This document shows positions 61,521 to 64,000 of a stretch of 64,000 nt of DNA, piece after piece. Position numbers and translations under genes: made by a program. Under the pieces are notes generated by a model. It worked only from the letters and a program-made list of their open reading frames with translations. It was not told where the DNA came from and did not search any database. Each line of letters begins with the position of its first letter. The stretch's first letter is position 1. The stretch comes from a virus. Lineage: Duplodnaviria; Caudoviricetes. The stretch lies in IMG/VR virus record IMGVR_UViG_3300017780_003662, positions 880 to 64,879 of that record; one strand, written 5' to 3'.

Positions 61521-64000
61521 ATGGCGACTTCATACACATCTCTTCTCGGGTTGGCATTGCCGGTTACCGGCGAGCTAGGTGGCACTTGGGGGGATACGGT
61601 AAACAACTCTATTACGTCCCTGCTGGATACCGCTATCGCAGGCACTACCACGCTCTCCACTGACGCGGACGTAACCCTCAGCACCACGACCGGCGCCTCT
61701 AACCAGGCCCGCCAGGCTATCCTGCTCTGCTCAGGCGCGCGCACCGCACTGCGCACCATCACCGCACCCGCGCAGTCTAAGATTTACGCCGTGGTAAACA
61801 ACACCTCCGGGGGCTACGCGGTCAAGATTGTTGGTGCGGGGCCTACGACGGGCGTAACGGTCGCCAACGGCAAGACGGCTATCGTCATTTGGAATGGCTC
61901 AGACTTTGTCGAAGTGGCGCCCGCTACCGCTACCAACCTCTCAGGCGGCGCTGCTGGCTCGGTGCCGTATCAGTCTGGGGCAAACACGACGACGTTCCTC
62001 AGTATTGGCACTGCCGCCCAAGTGTTGCAAGTCAATGCTGGTGCGACTGCACCGGAGTGGGTGTCGAGCACGGGCACAGGCAACGTAGTGCGTGCGGCAA
62101 GCCCCACGCTTACGGGAACGGTGGCAGGGGCGTCGTTGCAGTTGTCGTCTTTGACGTCGGGCCGGGTGACGTATGCAGGTGCATCTGGCCTGTTGCAAGA
62201 CAGCGCAAACTTGCTTTATAGCGGCACTGACTTAACAGTTTATGGAGTAACTGTTGGCCGTGGGGCTGGTGCCGTAGTATCCAATACTGCTGTTGGTGCT
62301 AGTGCGTTGGCGGCAAACACGACGGGCACTTTAAACACAGCGGTCGGGGCGAGTGCCCTTGCCGCTGTCAGCACCGCAGCAAACAATACAGCGGTCGGTT
62401 ATCAAGCCGCAACCCTAACCAATGCCAACTCAAATACGGCAATTGGGCATCAAACTTTGTGGGCCAACACAAGCGGCGCGGTTAACGTGGCGGTCGGCTC
62501 TCAGGCCATGTATTCCAACATCGACGGCGGAAATAACACCGCGGTGGGGGCCCTTGCGTTGTATAGCAACACCAGCGGCACTAACATGGTGGCCATTGGT
62601 CGACAGGCGCTCTATTCAAACACCACCACGGGCGTAAGCACGGCGGTTGGCTACCAGTCTCAGTTTTACCAAACGGGCGGTGGCAATGAGTCTTTAGGGC
62701 TTAATTCCCTGCGTGGGGCGTCAGGACTATCTACCGGAACGCTAAGCGTGGCGATTGGTAGAGAGTCGCTTTACTCCAGTACATCCGGGTATCAGAACAC
62801 AGCGCTTGGTTATCAAGCTGGCTATGCGGTCACATCGGGCGGAATCAACACGTTCCTTGGGTATAGCTCAGGCAGCGCGGTCACATCGGGCGCCTACAAT
62901 GTCATCCTCGGCGCCTACACCGGCAACTCTGGCGGTTTGGATATTCGCACAGCCAGCAACAACATCGTGCTGTCTGACGGACAGGCAAACATTCGGCAGT
63001 ATTACCTCGGGGCAAGCAATGCCTGGGTGTGGCTAACCGGCGCATCAGAGCGTATGCGGATTGACTCGTCCGGCAACGTCGGCATCGGCACATCGTCTCC
63101 AGCGTCGTCGCTTGATGTTGCTGGAGCAGGCCGGTTTACATCTGACGGGTCAAGTGTAGGGGTATATCTAACAGGCGCACTACGACATACCGGAACTGGC
63201 GGATTTTATATTGACGCCAACACTGGCGGCGCAGCCAGCACCATCAACTTTCGCAATGGAAGTGGGTTTACCGCCCAAATGACCATTGATGCTTCCGGCA
63301 ACGTCGGCATCGGCACGTCGTCGCCCGACTATCAGTTGCATCTGGGGGGCCAAACGGTAGCGGCAGTAAATGGGTCTTTGGGCTTAGGCGACATTTCTGG
63401 CAAACCCTCGGCGCTAATTCAAGGGTACAGAGAAGCGGGGGACTTTAGCGGGGCGCTGCTGCTTAGTACGACCACTGATGCGGGCACGGTTACCGAGAGG
63501 CTGAGGATCACCTCCGCAGGAAACGTCGGCATTGGGACGAGTTCGCCGGGGGCAACGCTGGACGTCACTGGCACCGCTCGGATCAGCAGCAATCTGACTT
63601 TGACTGGCGGCACAGCTAATGGCGTAGCTTACCTCAACGCAAGCAAGGTCGTAACCGCGGGAACGACGCTGACGTTTGACGGGACCGATTTACAGAACAA
63701 AGGAAAAGTGATTTCTGGTGGTGTTAGCGTTGGCAACGGTTATTTTCAGCTCAATCGCACTGACGCAACCAATCTGGGGTCAATCCAGTGGATTACGAGT
63801 GGCGACGAAATGCGCTACTCCAATAACAATGGCGGCATCCATACTTGGTATGTTGGCTCCGAACGCATGCGGATCACCGCCGCAGGGAACGTCGGCATTG
63901 GGACAACTTCGCCCGTAACGTCGTTGGTAGTGTCTAATGCCGGTGCGGAAGGGATGGAGGTTTCTGCCACAGGGGGCCTCGCGCAAATAACGGCGGTTAA
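61521..64000 (+). CDS. Tail fibre protein (runs off the window end)
   Basis: Open frame from ATG 61521 to the end; NTAVG..AL repeats (YadA-head-like) and four RI.S.GNVGIGT.SP repeats. Confidence 0.85.
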   Translation, partial: MATSYTSLLGLALPVTGELGGTWGDTVNNSITSLLDTAIAGTTTLSTDADVTLSTTTGASNQARQAILLCSGARTALRTITAPAQSKIYAVVNNTSGGYAVKIVGAGPTTGVTVANGKTAIVIWNGSDFVEVAPATATNLSGGAAGSVPYQSGANTTTFLSIGTAAQVLQVNAGATAPEWVSSTGTGNVVRAASPTLTGTVAGASLQLSSLTSGRVTYAGASGLLQDSANLLYSGTDLTVYGVTVGRGAGAVVSNTAVGASALAANTTGTLNTAVGASALAAVSTAANNTAVGYQAATLTNANSNTAIGHQTLWANTSGAVNVAVGSQAMYSNIDGGNNTAVGALALYSNTSGTNMVAIGRQALYSNTTTGVSTAVGYQSQFYQTGGGNESLGLNSLRGASGLSTGTLSVAIGRESLYSSTSGYQNTALGYQAGYAVTSGGINTFLGYSSGSAVTSGAYNVILGAYTGNSGGLDIRTASNNIVLSDGQANIRQYYLGASNAWVWLTGASERMRIDSSGNVGIGTSSPASSLDVAGAGRFTSDGSSVGVYLTGALRHTGTGGFYIDANTGGAASTINFRNGSGFTAQMTIDASGNVGIGTSSPDYQLHLGGQTVAAVNGSLGLGDISGKPSALIQGYREAGDFSGALLLSTTTDAGTVTERLRITSAGNVGIGTSSPGATLDVTGTARISSNLTLTGGTANGVAYLNASKVVTAGTTLTFDGTDLQNKGKVISGGVSVGNGYFQLNRTDATNLGSIQWITSGDEMRYSNNNGGIHTWYVGSERMRITAAGNVGIGTTSPVTSLVVSNAGAEGMEVSATGGLAQITAV

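Larger units (their letters stand above)
1..64000. mobile_element. Tailed bacteriophage genome (podovirus-like), near-complete, circularly permuted
   Basis: Terminase, portal, MCP, tail, lysis and replication modules fill the window; late genes at 61.5-64 kb (tail fibre) fit logically ahead of 1-17 kb (lysis, nozzle, internal proteins); no host housekeeping genes. Confidence 0.93.

Noticed and set aside
1-64000. Lysogeny module / att site
   Set aside because: No integrase, excisionase or clear CI-Cro divergent pair recognised
1-64000. Alternative genetic code or stop read-through
   Set aside because: Core genes are intact and densely packed under the standard code

Overview
The whole window is a tailed-phage (Caudoviricetes, podovirus-like) genome, apparently near-complete and circularly permuted; no host chromosomal genes and no integrase are seen. 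Two arms diverge from a repeat-rich gap at ~44.2-44.6 kb. The + strand late arm (44.6-64 kb, apparently continuing at 1-17.4 kb) encodes terminase, portal, GroES-like co-chaperonin, scaffold, major capsid protein, small basic head proteins, adaptors, tail fibre, holin, GH108 endolysin, nozzle and internal virion proteins, ending in a 2049-aa polyvalent protein. The - strand early/middle arm (44.2 kb down to 17.4 kb) has sigma70-type promoters, many small accessory genes, a MoxR-like AAA+/VWA pair, family A DNA polymerase, PD-(D/E)XK nuclease, SNF2-like helicase, SSB and primase-helicase. The most unusual observations are: (1) a translationally coupled array of small genes at 30.6-33.9 kb built from four conserved framework blocks and three variable segments, with signs of block reassortment; (2) nine exact copies of the palindrome TCTAACGTTAGA confined to the early/middle arm, mostly at stop/RBS junctions; (3) a recurrent [FYM]-x-x-G-G motif in seven virion-associated proteins; (4) an ADP-ribosyltransferase-like domain bounded by 11-bp direct repeats and a nested +1-frame gene inside the giant virion gene; (5) candidate pseudoknotted leader RNAs. 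Family assignments come from motif recognition by eye; no HMM or BLAST search was run.
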